Positions 63,706 to 64,000 of a stretch of DNA of 64,000 nt are shown here, piece by piece. A model generated the notes under the pieces. The model had not been told where the DNA came from, made no database searches, and was given only the letters and a program-made list of their open reading frames with translations. The stretch is from contig NC_042998.1 in NCBI RefSeq assembly GCF_006345805.1, positions 130,572,001-130,636,000 of the forward strand, written 5' to 3'. Both the position numbers and the translations under genes were made by a program. The DNA is from Octopus sinensis. Its lineage: Eukaryota. Numbering within the stretch: the first letter of the stretch is position 1; every line of letters starts with the position of its first letter.

Positions 63706-63789
63706 ACATACACACATAGGCATATATTTATATATATAAGTATATATATATGCGTAGATATATATGTGTGTGTATATATAAATGATACA

Positions 63790-63796
63790 ATTAATA

Positions 63797-63853
<57 letters not shown>
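63790..63853 (+). repeat. (TAA)n microsatellite
   Basis: Direct reading. Confidence 0.97.
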
Positions 63854-63854
<1 letters not shown>

Positions 63855-63930
63855 TCAGTGGCTAGCATGCGTTAAAATCGTAGAGGTGAAAATTAATATA
63901 AGTCTATAATGATATGTAAATATATACAAA

Positions 63931-64000
63931 CTAGCAGTATCGCCCGGCGTTGCTCGGGTTGTAAGGGAAATAACTATAAAGCATTTTTAGAGAGTTATAG
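63931..64000 (-). mobile_element. Helitron 3' end (element continues beyond the window)
   Basis: Minus strand ...CCCGAGCAACGCCGGG (subterminal hairpin, 63943-63958), then CGATACTG, then terminal CTAG followed by T. Confidence 0.85.

Overview
AT-rich eukaryotic DNA made almost entirely of microsatellites and transposable elements. I found no host protein-coding exon, rRNA, functional tRNA or CRISPR array that I can support. The SINE and LINE types resemble those of octopod cephalopods (inference from recalled repeat types, not a database hit). Main content: (1) seven copies of R4/Dong-clade (restriction-like endonuclease) non-LTR retrotransposons, including a near full-length dead copy (47106-51052) inside a head-to-tail train of five minus-strand elements mostly separated by (TAA)n; (2) three insertions of an L1/Tx1-like family, each embedded in (GATA)n with the same 3' junction; (3) about 20 tRNA-derived SINE copies of at least four types, several with target-site duplications (TSDs); (4) mariner remnants and a mariner MITE, two Penelope fragments, RTE and CR1/L2-like LINE fragments, two Helitron ends and several fold-back elements. 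The most notable observations are a stem/internal-loop/stem RNA structure, conserved by compensatory changes, near the 3' end of the R4/Dong copies, an apparently GATA-specific Tx1 family, and a ~510 bp non-coding element that sits in TAA arrays like a non-autonomous Dong partner. Most ORFs in the supplied track are microsatellite artefacts. Boundaries of degenerate elements are approximate, and all alignments and folds were done by eye.
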